64,000 bases of DNA from Kiritimatiellia bacterium (lineage in GTDB: Bacteria > Verrucomicrobiota > Kiritimatiellia > RFP12 > UBA1067). The notes beneath the pieces were generated by a model, which had not been told where the DNA came from, made no database searches, and saw only the letters and a program-made list of their open reading frames with translations. Below, in pieces: positions 17,733 through 27,446 of this stretch; position 1 is the first letter of the stretch, and each line of letters starts with the position of its first letter. The DNA lies in contig JAFRDO010000014.1 of the NCBI GenBank assembly GCA_017403825.1, positions 629-64,628 of the forward strand. Direction: 5' to 3'. The translations under genes were made by a program, and so were the position numbers.

Positions 17733-19547
17733 TTAGGGTTTGACGTCCGTATAGCCGCACAGCGCGCCCAGCGCCCAGTCGAGGGCGAAGAAGGAAACGC
17801 CCTTCAGGGCGTCCGCCGCCTCGAGCTGCGCACGCACGGAGTCCCGGTCGGGACTCGCCTCGTCCGCGCAGGCGGCAATTCCCGGGACGAGGGCGCACGC
17901 TGGCACCGCCGCCTTGCACAGCGCAAGGTCGCGTTTGAAGGCGATTGGGGACTCGGTGTAGATCATGGGCGAGACGAAATCCACCCACTCCTCCTTCACC
18001 CACCGGGGCCAGTCCTGGCCACGCTTCGCCGCCGCTTCGGGGGTGGGAAACACCGCAGCGGAAAGCGCGCAGCCCGGACGCGCGCGGCGAAACATCCGCG
18101 AGAAAGTCCGGACGAAAAGCGAGATGTCGTCCATCTTCTCGGCGGTCGCCTCCTCAGCGGACGGCACGCGCACGTAGTCGAGCTGGACGCCGACGACATC
18201 CTGCGGGATTGAATCCAGGAGTTCCTGCGCGCGCCTGCCGCGTGCTTCTCCGCCGTGAGGAACGGTCCACCGGCCGTCCGAAGACTGTTCGAACGCATTG
18301 AGCCAGAGATGGACGCCGACGCCCGCTTTGCCAGCCAGCCAGAAAAATCGCCTGACGCCTGTCTCCCCGGAGCCCAGCGCTTCGCGGCGGACGAAGAGCG
18401 CATTCAGGCCATGCCCCTTCATCCATTCCGGCAGCGCCGGCATTCCACCCGGAAAGCCGGGAGGATTCTGCAGCCATGCTCCGCGCAACTCGAACTTGGC
18501 GAGTTCCGTGACAGAGATGGGCTTCATGGGGCCAGGAGGATCCTGACAGGCCATGTTGGGCGACACCTTCTGGACGATACTCCTGAGATGCCTTGCCGCC
18601 GCAGGCGATGGAAGCGGCGGGATGTGCGAGAACCACGCACCGGCGGGCGTGAGCGTCACGGCCGGCGAACCGGCCGAGCCGTCGGGAGAGAGGAACCGGG
18701 CCACCACCTTGGCGGAAGCCGAGCCGTCGAAGAACGGCACGATGGTGTTGTCGGTGCGGTGGGGATATGGCGGAACGGCCTCGTCGAGGGGCTTGATGGC
18801 GCACCACGGCTGTCCGCCGTGCCAGGCGCCGGGCCGCAGGCCGAACGCCTCCGAGAGGACGGGGTCGGCCGAATAGTAGACGATGGCGCGGCCGCCTTTG
18901 CGAATAAACCCGGCGAGGAGCTCGGCATCGTCGGCGGGAAGCGACGAGGCATCAGGGACGATGACGAGCCGCGGGGCGGATTTCACGGCGGCGGAAACGG
19001 AAGGATAGAGGTCGCAATCAAGCCGGCTGCGGGAGAGCGTGGAGGCTACGCGGCGCGCAAGAGTTTCCATCCACGAGCCTGTCGGGCCCGACAGAACGGC
19101 GATTTCAGAGACGGGGGCGAGCGAGATGGAATTGACGACGAGCCTGCCCGCACCGGGCGAAGGCGAGCGCCACACGCTCACGCGCACCTCGCCTATCTTC
19201 GGCTCCTCGCCAACGGTCGGCACGAAGTTCCCGAACGGAACGCGCAGGCGCGACGTGGCGAGCGCGGCAGCGTCGACTTGGGCGGCGGCAAGCCAGTCGC
19301 CGCCGATTTTCAAGTGGAACGTTGCGGCCCTGACGGAAGCGGCCCCCTCGAAAAGCTTGATGTCGAGCGCGATGGCGCCCGCCGGCACGCCGGGGCGGGA
19401 TGGCATCGGCTTCACGTCCACGAAGGCCCGGTCCTCCGCCGTTTTCGCGAAGTCCCACTCGAGCGACGACACGGCGGCCGGCGCCACCAGGGCAGCAAGG
19501 GCGCAGGCGAGCGACAGGAGCCTTTCCATGGCCCTTTGGAAAATCAT
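17733..19547 (-). CDS. Secreted glycoside-hydrolase-like protein (GHL10 / DUF187-type TIM barrel at the C-terminus)
   Basis: ORF 17733..19553. ATG 19547 forms an ATGA overlap with the upstream stop (alternative ATG 19529). Signal peptide MERLLSLACALAALVAPAAVSS. The C-terminal half carries GHL10-like motifs (GLNALFV..., VGVQLDYVRVP, GQDWPRWVKEEWVDFVSPMIY). Confidence 0.65.
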   Translation of the reverse strand: MIFQRAMERLLSLACALAALVAPAAVSSLEWDFAKTAEDRAFVDVKPMPSRPGVPAGAIALDIKLFEGAASVRAATFHLKIGGDWLAAAQVDAAALATSRLRVPFGNFVPTVGEEPKIGEVRVSVWRSPSPGAGRLVVNSISLAPVSEIAVLSGPTGSWMETLARRVASTLSRSRLDCDLYPSVSAAVKSAPRLVIVPDASSLPADDAELLAGFIRKGGRAIVYYSADPVLSEAFGLRPGAWHGGQPWCAIKPLDEAVPPYPHRTDNTIVPFFDGSASAKVVARFLSPDGSAGSPAVTLTPAGAWFSHIPPLPSPAAARHLRSIVQKVSPNMACQDPPGPMKPISVTELAKFELRGAWLQNPPGFPGGMPALPEWMKGHGLNALFVRREALGSGETGVRRFFWLAGKAGVGVHLWLNAFEQSSDGRWTVPHGGEARGRRAQELLDSIPQDVVGVQLDYVRVPSAEEATAEKMDDISLFVRTFSRMFRRARPGCALSAAVFPTPEAAAKRGQDWPRWVKEEWVDFVSPMIYTESPIAFKRDLALCKAAVPACALVPGIAACADEASPDRDSVRAQLEAADALKGVSFFALDWALGALCGYTDVKP

Positions 19548-19891
19548 CGCCACACGTACACCTCGCCGTCATTGGCAGGCGCCTTGACGGACTGGCCCGT
19601 TGGATTGTCGGCGGCGACAACAGTTGCGGATGCCGGAACGGGCGTCTGGGCAGAGGTCGGCGCGGGCGTTGGAGCCGCTGCCGCAGGTTTCAGCGCGGCA
19701 AAGGGATTTTCCAGCCTTACGGGAGCGTGTTCGTCGCCCATGTTGCCGTTGTTCTTGATGATGCGGGCGGTCTCGCGCCGGTTGTTCCGGATGCGCGAGC
19801 GGATCGCGTTTACCAGCGCGCTCAGAAGGAAGATGGCGGCAAGAATGCCGAACACCAGATGGAAAAGGTCGTTCTGAAGCAAGTCCTCCAT
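19544..19891 (-). CDS. Small bitopic membrane protein with Pro/Ala-rich tail (ExeB/GspB-like by architecture)
   Basis: ATG 19891 is preceded by GAAGGAGGG. One TM (LFHLVFGILAAIFLLSALV), then a basic stretch, then AAAAPTPAPTSAQTPVPASA. It lies immediately after the ExeA-like gene and is tightly coupled to both neighbours. Confidence 0.5.
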   Translation of the reverse strand: MEDLLQNDLFHLVFGILAAIFLLSALVNAIRSRIRNNRRETARIIKNNGNMGDEHAPVRLENPFAALKPAAAAPTPAPTSAQTPVPASATVVAADNPTGQSVKAPANDGEVYVWR

Positions 19892-19896
19892 ATCGG

Positions 19897-20724
19897 TCAA
19901 CCCTCCTTCGGCGAGATGTCCACGTCCTCGGCCGCCTGCCGCACGATCGCGGCGTCTATTTCGGAAGCCTTGGCCACATAGCCGAGCATCAGCGCGGTGT
20001 CGCAGATGTTAGTGATGCTTCTGGGCACGCCGCCGGAAAGGCGGTAAAGCTCGGACAAGGCCTCTTGGTTGAAGATCCACATGTCGCCGCCCGCCGCCAT
20101 GACCTTGTGCTGGACGAACTCGATGGTCTCGGTGTGCGTGAGGGGGGCGAGCGTCCAGGTAAGCTGCACCCTGGCGCGCAGGGACTGGTAGGAACGCACC
20201 ATGTCCAGAAGCTCCGGAATGCCGGCCATGATGACCGTGGCGAGCTGCTGTTCGCGTCCGTCGCTGGAGGCCAGGCGCAGGTTGCTCAGGTAATGGATGA
20301 GATAGAGCCCGTCATCGTCACCAAGATACTGCGCCTCGTCGATGAGAATCGCGTGGCGTTTCAGGGCGCCCGGCTTGCGGGAGAGCTCCTGAAGCGTCAT
20401 GAGGCCGTCCGCGATCGAGGCGACCGTCCCCTTCACGCCCAGGCCGGCGATGACATGGCGAAGCAGCGCTAGGTGCCCCTTGGGGATGGCGTCGATGCGG
20501 ATGTACGGAATGTCTGACTGGGTGATGCGCTCGGCCAGGTTGGACAGGAGGAAGGACTTGCCCATGCCGAACTGACCGGTGAGGATGCCGGCGACCCTTC
20601 CTTCCGAAACCAGGTAGAAGAGCCGTGCCACGCCCTCCTCGAACTGGCTCGAGAGGTAGAGCTGCTTAGGGTTGTATGAGTTGACGAACGGCGCTTCCCT
20701 GAGGTTCCAATATTTTTTGTACAT
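19897..20724 (-). CDS. ExeA/GspA-family AAA ATPase (AAA_22)
   Basis: 275 aa. N-terminal YWNLREAPF motif typical of ExeA/MshM, Walker A GQFGMGKS, Walker B AILIDEAQYL, and the C-terminal GG(V/I)PR motif (SGGVPRSITNICD). Confidence 0.8.
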   Translation of the reverse strand: MYKKYWNLREAPFVNSYNPKQLYLSSQFEEGVARLFYLVSEGRVAGILTGQFGMGKSFLLSNLAERITQSDIPYIRIDAIPKGHLALLRHVIAGLGVKGTVASIADGLMTLQELSRKPGALKRHAILIDEAQYLGDDDGLYLIHYLSNLRLASSDGREQQLATVIMAGIPELLDMVRSYQSLRARVQLTWTLAPLTHTETIEFVQHKVMAAGGDMWIFNQEALSELYRLSGGVPRSITNICDTALMLGYVAKASEIDAAIVRQAAEDVDISPKEG

Positions 20725-20725
20725 G

Positions 20726-21694
20726 TCAATCTTCTTCCTTCATTGCGGTGGCAAACGAATATTTCGCGCGTTTTTTCGTTTCTGTCTCGGCGGCGGCGAA
20801 CGAGAATTTAGCACGGTCGCTCCTTTCGGGCACGGGCGCGGGGCTGGGCTTGGGCTGCGGCACGGAATGCGAAATCTGGCCGAGTATGGACTGCGTCATG
20901 TCCATAATCACCGGATCTGCCCCATGGGAGAAGGACTCCGCGGCCTCTGGCGCCTCCTTTCGTTCGGCAGAAGCCAGGAATTCGCCAGACGACGTTGGGA
21001 CAGCCTCGGGCTCCACGTCCTTCACGAACCCTTCCCGCGGCACGAACTTCAGCGGCATCTCGTATGGCAGGCGGACGTTCGCCGTCAGTCCCATGTAGGC
21101 TAGCACCTTCATGAAGTAGTTGCCCAGCCTGTCGCGGTGGAACTGGATCGCGACCGAGGACCTGTTCAACACCTCCCCCCACACCGTCTTCGCGGCGGCG
21201 GAGACTGGTTCCGGCAAGGCCACGATGGTGGTAAGCCCGGATTCTTCGAGTGTCGAGATGAATTCCGCGACGCGCTCTGGAGCGGCAGAAACAGGATGGA
21301 CTTCGAGCCAGGGTCGGGCGTCCTGGATGAAGAGGACGGACGCCGAGACGCGGTGGGCCTCCGCGATGATCTCCTCAATCGATTCCCTGACGGGCAGTGC
21401 CTCACCCGGCTTGTAGGCATGGTAGAGGGCCGAGAGAGCGCCGATTTCAGTGGCCTTCTCCAGATCGTAGCCGACTTCGCGCGCCCGCAGCGTGACATAG
21501 TCTTTGGACTCGGTGAAGACGGCCAGGACCTGCTCTTCCAGCCGGTAGTAACTGTTCAGTATCGTGCCCGCAGCCACTTCGCGGCCTTCGTTCGAGGCGC
21601 CCATCAGAAACGTCACGTGGCCGACGTAGATGCCGGAGAACTTGTCATCCAGCGCAGGAATCCCGATGGGAACCTTCATGATCCTCTTTGTCAT
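20726..21694 (-). CDS. KaiC/RecA-superfamily-like protein with degenerate Walker A and a disordered repeat tail
   Basis: 322 aa. KaiC-like N-terminus GIPALDDKFSGIYVGHVTFLMG, but the P-loop reads GASNEGRE instead of GxxGxGK(T/S). The C-terminal ~100 aa are low complexity and end with two RAK(F/Y)SFA(A/T)A repeats. Confidence 0.6.
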   Translation of the reverse strand: MTKRIMKVPIGIPALDDKFSGIYVGHVTFLMGASNEGREVAAGTILNSYYRLEEQVLAVFTESKDYVTLRAREVGYDLEKATEIGALSALYHAYKPGEALPVRESIEEIIAEAHRVSASVLFIQDARPWLEVHPVSAAPERVAEFISTLEESGLTTIVALPEPVSAAAKTVWGEVLNRSSVAIQFHRDRLGNYFMKVLAYMGLTANVRLPYEMPLKFVPREGFVKDVEPEAVPTSSGEFLASAERKEAPEAAESFSHGADPVIMDMTQSILGQISHSVPQPKPSPAPVPERSDRAKFSFAAAETETKKRAKYSFATAMKEED

Positions 21695-22537
21695 TTAGGC
21701 TCTCCTCCCCGCCGCCACGGCAGCTTCAAGCTCGCGCAGACGTTTCGCCATCGCGGTGATGTCCATCAGCGTGCCCACCACCATGTCGTGGCGAGCGCCC
21801 GAGCTCTTCATCAGCTCGCAGAAAAGCACGTCCACGCGGTCGGGCTTGAGCGAGTCGACCAGGATGGGTCCTCCGGAACCGGAATCAACCGCGTTCTTGA
21901 CAACCCCGTTGAAGAGCCCGGCGTTCTGCCCCACGACTTCCGCAAGCGTGAAGCCGACCGTCTGCGGGCAGCCGACCAGCGCGTTGAAGTGGCCGTTGGC
22001 ACGCACGATCTTCCCCGTAGCGGCGTCGACCGCGAAGACGGCGGCGGCGGTCCCCTCGAGGACGGCGTTGAGCTCCCCGCCCACGGAGGCGATGGCGGCG
22101 GCGGCGGCGCTTGCCCGCTCGCAGACGGACTTCACCAGCGCCAGCAGCACCTTTCCGTCGAATGGCTTGCCGATCACTTCCCACGCACCGCATTCATAGA
22201 GCTCTGTGACCGTCTGAAGATCGATGGCCGAGGCGGTCTCCACCACCACTGGCACCATATTGACGATGCCGCTTTCGCGCAGAAACTTCAGCACTTCCCA
22301 TCCGTCCACCTCCTGCATGACGAGGTCAAGTATGATGGCGGAGTAGTTGTACGCGCCCATGCGCAGCATCTCGATGGCTCGGGTGCCGTCCGAAGCCTCG
22401 TGAACCTCGAAGTCGTTCTGGAATATGCTGCGGACGATTGACCGCACGACATTCGAATCGTCGATGATCAGGATCGGGGGTTTCGCGCTCCTGCGGGCTA
22501 CATCATGCGTGCTGGGGTGATGACTTGGGATTATCAT
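21695..22537 (-). CDS. Response regulator: receiver domain + PAS-like domain (no DNA-binding output)
   Basis: 280 aa. ILIIDDSNVVRSI...AIILDLVMQEVDG...GKPFD (intact receiver residues), then a PAS-like region (AAVFAVDAATGKIVRANGHFNALVG...). Confidence 0.8.
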   Translation of the reverse strand: MIIPSHHPSTHDVARRSAKPPILIIDDSNVVRSIVRSIFQNDFEVHEASDGTRAIEMLRMGAYNYSAIILDLVMQEVDGWEVLKFLRESGIVNMVPVVVETASAIDLQTVTELYECGAWEVIGKPFDGKVLLALVKSVCERASAAAAAIASVGGELNAVLEGTAAAVFAVDAATGKIVRANGHFNALVGCPQTVGFTLAEVVGQNAGLFNGVVKNAVDSGSGGPILVDSLKPDRVDVLFCELMKSSGARHDMVVGTLMDITAMAKRLRELEAAVAAGRRA

Positions 22538-22800
22538 AGGTATGTTCCTTTACCATGTCGTGGATAATCGGAGTTGCGTCAGAAATGGCTTAAGAGGTAG
22601 AGAAGCACCATGTGGTCAATGTAGGACCTCATGGCCAGGATGTCGAATTCCACCGAAACCGTCAGCCAGTCGGTGATGTCGTAGCTGTAGAGGCCGCCAA
22701 AGCCCCAGATGGCCTTCCAGTCGGTGTCTAGGTCGTATACGGACCTGAAGGAAGATGAGGGGATGGAAGAGGATTCTTCGGAGGAGTCGGAGGATTCCTT

Positions 22801-22836
22801 GGCTCTCTCAATCTCCCTGGCTCTCTCAATCTCCCG
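22801..22836 (-). repeat. 18-bp tandem duplication (2 copies, 1 mismatch) inside the barrel-coding part
   Basis: GGCTCTCTCAATCTCCCT followed by GGCTCTCTCAATCTCCCG. In frame it encodes the AREIER AREIER duplication. Confidence 0.9.
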
Positions 22837-23400
22837 GGCGACGTTCTTGTCGTCCAGCGAAAAGCCTCCGCGCCCGTCGCTCTTAGCGAAGCCGCCAACG
22901 ATGTCGGCCCGGAACCGCATCTTGTCCGAATCCGTCTCGTAGCGCAGCACGCCCAGCGCGCGCTTGTCCCAGTAGGGCGTCCAGTAGAAGTCGCTGGCTT
23001 CGCTCGTCGTGGTGGTGTTGAATCTCAGGCCGTACCAAACCGTCGGCATGGACTCGGAGGACCACATGGACTCGAGGTTTATGAAGTACATCGCGTTGTC
23101 GTCACTGTAGGTCCAGTACTGCGTACGACCGGACAGCTTCCAGTAGTCGGACGGCAGCCACTCAGCCATGAGGGCGAGGGAGTCGTACGTGACGTCCTTT
23201 ACGGCCGAGGCCACGTAGTCGTGGTCGAAGAGCGACATGACGGAGAAATTGTCCTCGGGGTTCCACCGGGCACCGAAGGAAAACACCACCTCGTCGTTCC
23301 TGCGCATCGGCGTGAAGATGCCGCTGTTGCGGTGATCCTGCAGGTTCGCGTAATCCACGTACGCGTAGCTGCCGGAGTAGTCGGGCTTGCGCGCCGACAG

Positions 23401-23408
23401 CCCCCCCC
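23401..23408. repeat. Homopolymer C8 (G8 on the coding strand) at the frameshift site
   Basis: Read directly: ...gccgacag cccccccc gagccg.... Confidence 0.95.
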
Positions 23409-26404
23409 GAGCCGAAGAGAAACACCCCGGAATCGAGGCGCCAGTTCATGCCCAAGCGCCAGTCGTCGGTGTCGGCCTTGAACTTGTATATCGACTCCCC
23501 GTAGGTCACGTCGGTCATCGTCCGCGCGTTCCAGTAGGGCCGGACGGTCTGCTTGATCTCGCCCTTGTGGTATTCGCCGTACAGACCGACCCGGTCGTTC
23601 CAGTTGGCCCCGGCCTTCCCGCCGTACCTGACGATCTCCACCTGGTCGTTGGCCTTGGTGTGGGAGATGTCGATCTGCCCGTAGGGATGGGCGGGATCGA
23701 ACCAAGGCTTTTCCTTCTCCTCGGACATCTGCCACTCGAGCTCCGACTCGCGCAAGTTGCCCGCGACCTGCTTCGCCCCCACGTCTTCGCCAGGATCGTT
23801 CCGGCGGATCGTCGTGTCGTTGCGGTCGTCGCGCTCCGCGTCGTGCGCGGACGTCCCGCCCGAGACCGTCTCCAGCAATGGGCGCATGCTGGCGGAGACG
23901 CGGTTGCGGAAGCGGTGGCGGATATTGTAGTCAAGCTTGGTGCACAGGTCTTCGGGATAGCCGTCCTTGCGCAGGCTGGCCACGATCTTGTTCGCCTCGT
24001 TCGGCTGGTTGAGGAGCATCGCCAGCTCGGCGCGCATCCGGCGGCCGAGGAAGTAGGGATGGAACTCATAGGCGTGCCGGACGACGTCCTCGCCCTCGTC
24101 CGCCCAGCCGGGCTCGTAGCGGCGCGCGATCATCGGGTCGTCGCCGGTCACGGTGAAGCCGGTGGTGCTCTGCACGAAGCCGAGGCTATAGGAGCAGGCG
24201 GCCTCGGAGATGATGCTGTCGCTGATCGAGCGCTTGGCGCTGATGTTGCACGCGCCAACCTGCCCCACCGAACCGAGGGGGTAGGCCACCATGGCCACGG
24301 CACAGTCGTTCGAGCCCATCTCCCTGCGGATCTTAGCGCGGCTATCGCGGAACTCGTGGCGTATGCGCCGGTCCCATTCGTTCATCGACTCGATCCGGTT
24401 GCGGTCGGCCTTCCACAGGCGGTTGTACAGAGGGTCTCGCATGTCGTCGCCCTCCTTGTCCACGGGCGCCTTCTTGTCGCCGGAGCGGAGCGAGGATCCG
24501 ACGATCCAGTTGCCGGTGTCGGCGTACTGGCGTATCTCATCCCACCCAGGCCTGCTTGGCTCGAAAGATTCCGGTTCATCGGATGGGGTGAACAGCGCGA
24601 AAGGAACGCCGAACTCCTCCGCGACACGGGTGCCCAGCACCATTTGCGAGCGGCGGGCGGTGTCGAACGTCACCGCGAAGGTCAACCGGGGGCCAAAGGA
24701 ATCCTCGTCATCCATGCCTTCTTCGTCCTCGTCGCCGGCATCGTCGTCTTCATCCTGCCCGGATCGCTTGCGCGCGCGGGCCTTTCCCGTCTCCTGAGTT
24801 TTCTTCTTGAGGTAATGCCGGCCCGTGATCATCCAGCCGATATGGTCGAAGAACTTCGCCGGGAGAGGCGCTTCCTCCTCGTCATCCTGCTCGTCGACGA
24901 GATGCCGCACTTTCCGGCGACCGTCCTTGGCGTTTTTTGCGGGGTTCCTCGCGGCGCCGATGATCCGGGGGATCTCGTCCGCCGATACCAGCTCCCAGCC
25001 GGCTCGCTGCAGCGAACGGATGTGCTCCGTCAGGCGTCTCACGCTCGTCTGCGGCATCCAGTCGCTCTCGGTGAGGTTGGAGTACTTGAGCGTCAACACG
25101 GAGCCCTTCGAACCCGCCTCTTCGAGCCGTTTCGCCTCCGCCAACGCCTTGGCGTATTCGCCCTGTGCGGAATAGAGGCGCGCGCGGTAGTAGTGTATCA
25201 TCGGGTCGTCGCGGTCGAAATACTTGAACCACTCGCGCAGGACGCGCTGCGCGGCATCGAAGTTCCGCTCCTTGACCTCCACCTCGAAGAGCATCGCAAG
25301 CGCCCGCACGTCCTGGTGGTTGTACTTGAGCAGGACGTCCTCGATCTGGCTGCGGCAGATGTTCAACCGATCGGACTGGTAGCAAAGCTCGGCCAGGAGC
25401 TCGCGCGCCTGCATGTTCAGGGGATCGGCCTCGACCGCCTCCTGCAGCCAGTCGATGATCGTGTCGGTCTTGTAGCGCTCGGGGTTGTCCCGGTTGATGG
25501 CCACACACCGGCCCGCGAGCCGGGTGAGGTACTCCGCGCGCATGAGGCGGTTGGTGGTCGCCTCGATAAGCGTCATGAGCGGGGTCACGTCCTCCTGGCC
25601 CGAGATCTCCGCGATATCGGCCCGGAGCCGCATGGCCGCCATGTTATCGGGATCCAGCTCGAGAATCTCCCGGCAAAGGCGGTCGGCTTTCTCCAGCTCG
25701 CCCACCCGCAGCTCCAGCGTGGCCTGCTCGAGTTTTATGAGGGGGTTGTCCGAGACGAGTTCCGCGATGTCGTGGTATATCTTGAGCGACTCCTCGTCCT
25801 GAAAGCGGTTCGCAAGCATCTGGGCGTAGGTGCGCTGGATGTCGACGCGGTCGGGGTTCTCCTTGACGAGCCCCTTCAAAACCGCTTCGGACTCCTCGAT
25901 CTCGCCCAGTCGCATCAGGTTCTGCGCGAACGAGTATTTGAGGTCGTAGTCCCGCGGATTGATGGCAAGGGCCTTGCGGAAGGCCTCGTCCGCCTTCACC
26001 CAGTCCTTCTCGAGGATCTCGTACTGCGCGACGAGCGCGTGGGGCTTGGCCTTCTCGGGCATCAGGTCGCGCATCCGGAACCACAGGTCGCGTGCGCGTT
26101 TCTGCTGGCCGGTCCGCACGTAGCACCAGCCGAGGCCCTCCCAGCCGGCCTCCAGCGCGGGGTCGCGCGAGATAGCCTCCTCCAGGTAGGGGATGGCATC
26201 GGCGAACTCCTCCTCCTGAACGCGCTCGAGTCCGTGATACAGGAGCGCCTGGGCGGGCGTTACCTCCGAGACGTCCGTCCGGCGGGACTCTTCGATCACG
26301 CGATTGAACTCGTCCTGGATGGTAGCGGCGCAAGCCGAACCGGCGGCCAGGAGCAGCGCCATCGCGATTGTCCGTCCAATTATCCTCATCGTGCCTCCTG
26401 CGGG

Positions 26405-27139
26405 TTACTTCTTGTCGGGCCAGTAGGTCCTTAGCACGTCCTCCGCGACGACTTTCGCGCCAGGGAAGGTCAGGTGGATGCCGTCCGTGTCGCGCACCGT
26501 GACCGCCGTACCCGTCTTGGAGATGATGGTCTGGGTGTAGCGTCCCGGCCGGATCGTGAGCACCTTGCCCATGTCGTACCTGTGGAACCGGTCACGGTAC
26601 TTCTCGTCGCCCGCAATCTCGGCGACGATGCCGGCGACGAGCTGCAAGTGCTGATCGTTGGTCTCGGACCTCATCGGCGGCGTAAGCATCCACACGATGT
26701 GGGTTACGCCGCTCGCGTAGAGGGCGTCGAGAAGCTCCTCGATGCGGCACTTGTACTCGACGCGCCACTCGTCCGTCCCCACCACGGCCATGCTGCCCGT
26801 ACGGCTCTCGAGGCTCTGCCTGTCGTTCGTACCCAGAGAGATGAACGCTGTCTTCGGCTTTATCCGCCCGCAGAGTTCCTTTGCCTTCGACGGCCAGTTG
26901 AAGACCGACGGCCGGGCAAGTCCGGAACCGAGCGACGAGAATGACTCGGCCGGGGTCACTTCCTTCGCCTTGAAGGCCTTCTCCATGCCCTTGCCGAGCA
27001 TCTTCATCATCGAGTCGCCGATGAAAACGACGGGCGTGTCGAGCTTGACCGGCTCCCCAATCTTCGGAGTGTCCGTCTCCGCGCCAGTCGCCGTAATCGC
27101 CGCCATCAGGACGGCCGCAGCCATGAGTCTCCTTGTCAT
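26405..27139 (-). CDS. Periplasmic SGNH/GDSL-family hydrolase/acyltransferase (DUF459-like; AlgX/AlgJ/PatB-type role)
   Basis: The frame is that of ORF 26405..27160. ATG 27139 is preferred (RBS AAGGAAGG). Signal peptide MTRRLMAAAVLMAAITATGA. SGNH blocks: FIGDSM, SLGSGL, ISLGTNDRQ, DTDGIHLT. Confidence 0.7.
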   Translation of the reverse strand: MTRRLMAAAVLMAAITATGAETDTPKIGEPVKLDTPVVFIGDSMMKMLGKGMEKAFKAKEVTPAESFSSLGSGLARPSVFNWPSKAKELCGRIKPKTAFISLGTNDRQSLESRTGSMAVVGTDEWRVEYKCRIEELLDALYASGVTHIVWMLTPPMRSETNDQHLQLVAGIVAEIAGDEKYRDRFHRYDMGKVLTIRPGRYTQTIISKTGTAVTVRDTDGIHLTFPGAKVVAEDVLRTYWPDKK

Positions 27140-27172
27140 TTTACCTTCCTTGTTTTTCATTGCATGTTTTTG

Positions 27173-27433
27173 TTATTGCGGGTCATCCTTCTGGTCGAGC
27201 CACCGCCCGCGAACGCACGCGGCTCCCCGGCGGAGAAAATCAAGCCGGAGCATCGCCGAGAGACGTGCGACAGGACGCACGAGCGACTTCGTCGCGTCGC
27301 GGGCAACTCCGTAGTCCATGTTCTCGGCGTTCTTCTCCATCGCCGGCGCGTTCATGAGCACCGCAAGCGCGTAGAACACGGCAAGGCCGGCCGCCGCCCG
27401 CCAAGTCGCATTTTTTCCTTCAGAGTCCTTCAT
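27173..27433 (-). CDS. Small membrane protein between the MBOAT and SGNH genes
   Basis: ATG 27433 is preceded by GAGGGAGG. There is one hydrophobic segment (AAAGLAVFYALAVLM). Its position matches the small partner proteins of MBOAT systems (positional inference only). Confidence 0.45.
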   Translation of the reverse strand: MKDSEGKNATWRAAAGLAVFYALAVLMNAPAMEKNAENMDYGVARDATKSLVRPVARLSAMLRLDFLRRGAACVRGRWLDQKDDPQ

Positions 27434-27446
27434 GTCCACGCCTCCC

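Larger units (their letters stand above)
22579..26389 (-). pseudogene. TPR - polysaccharide-deacetylase(CE4)-like - C-terminal beta-barrel exporter (PgaA/PgaB-like fusion), split by a +1 frameshift at a G8 run
   Basis: ORFs 23162..26389 and 22579..23358 are adjacent frames of one gene. Frame A reads ...SGVFLFGSGG and then turns into Arg-rich nonsense. Deleting one G from the run gives ...GSGGLSARKPDYSGSYAYVDYANLQDH..., continuous with frame B. The span minus 1 nt is 3810 nt, i.e. 1269 codons plus stop. N-terminal signal peptide, many TPRs, NodB-like VTFDT region, an acidic insert, and a barrel-like C-terminus ending ...LLYLLSHF. Confidence 0.65.

Noticed and set aside
23387-26434. 1015-aa + strand ORF opposite the TPR-deacetylase-porin gene
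   Set aside because: It is an antisense shadow of a gene with clear TPR/CE4 motifs. The composition is Arg/Val/Leu/Gly-biased, with no motifs and no RBS.
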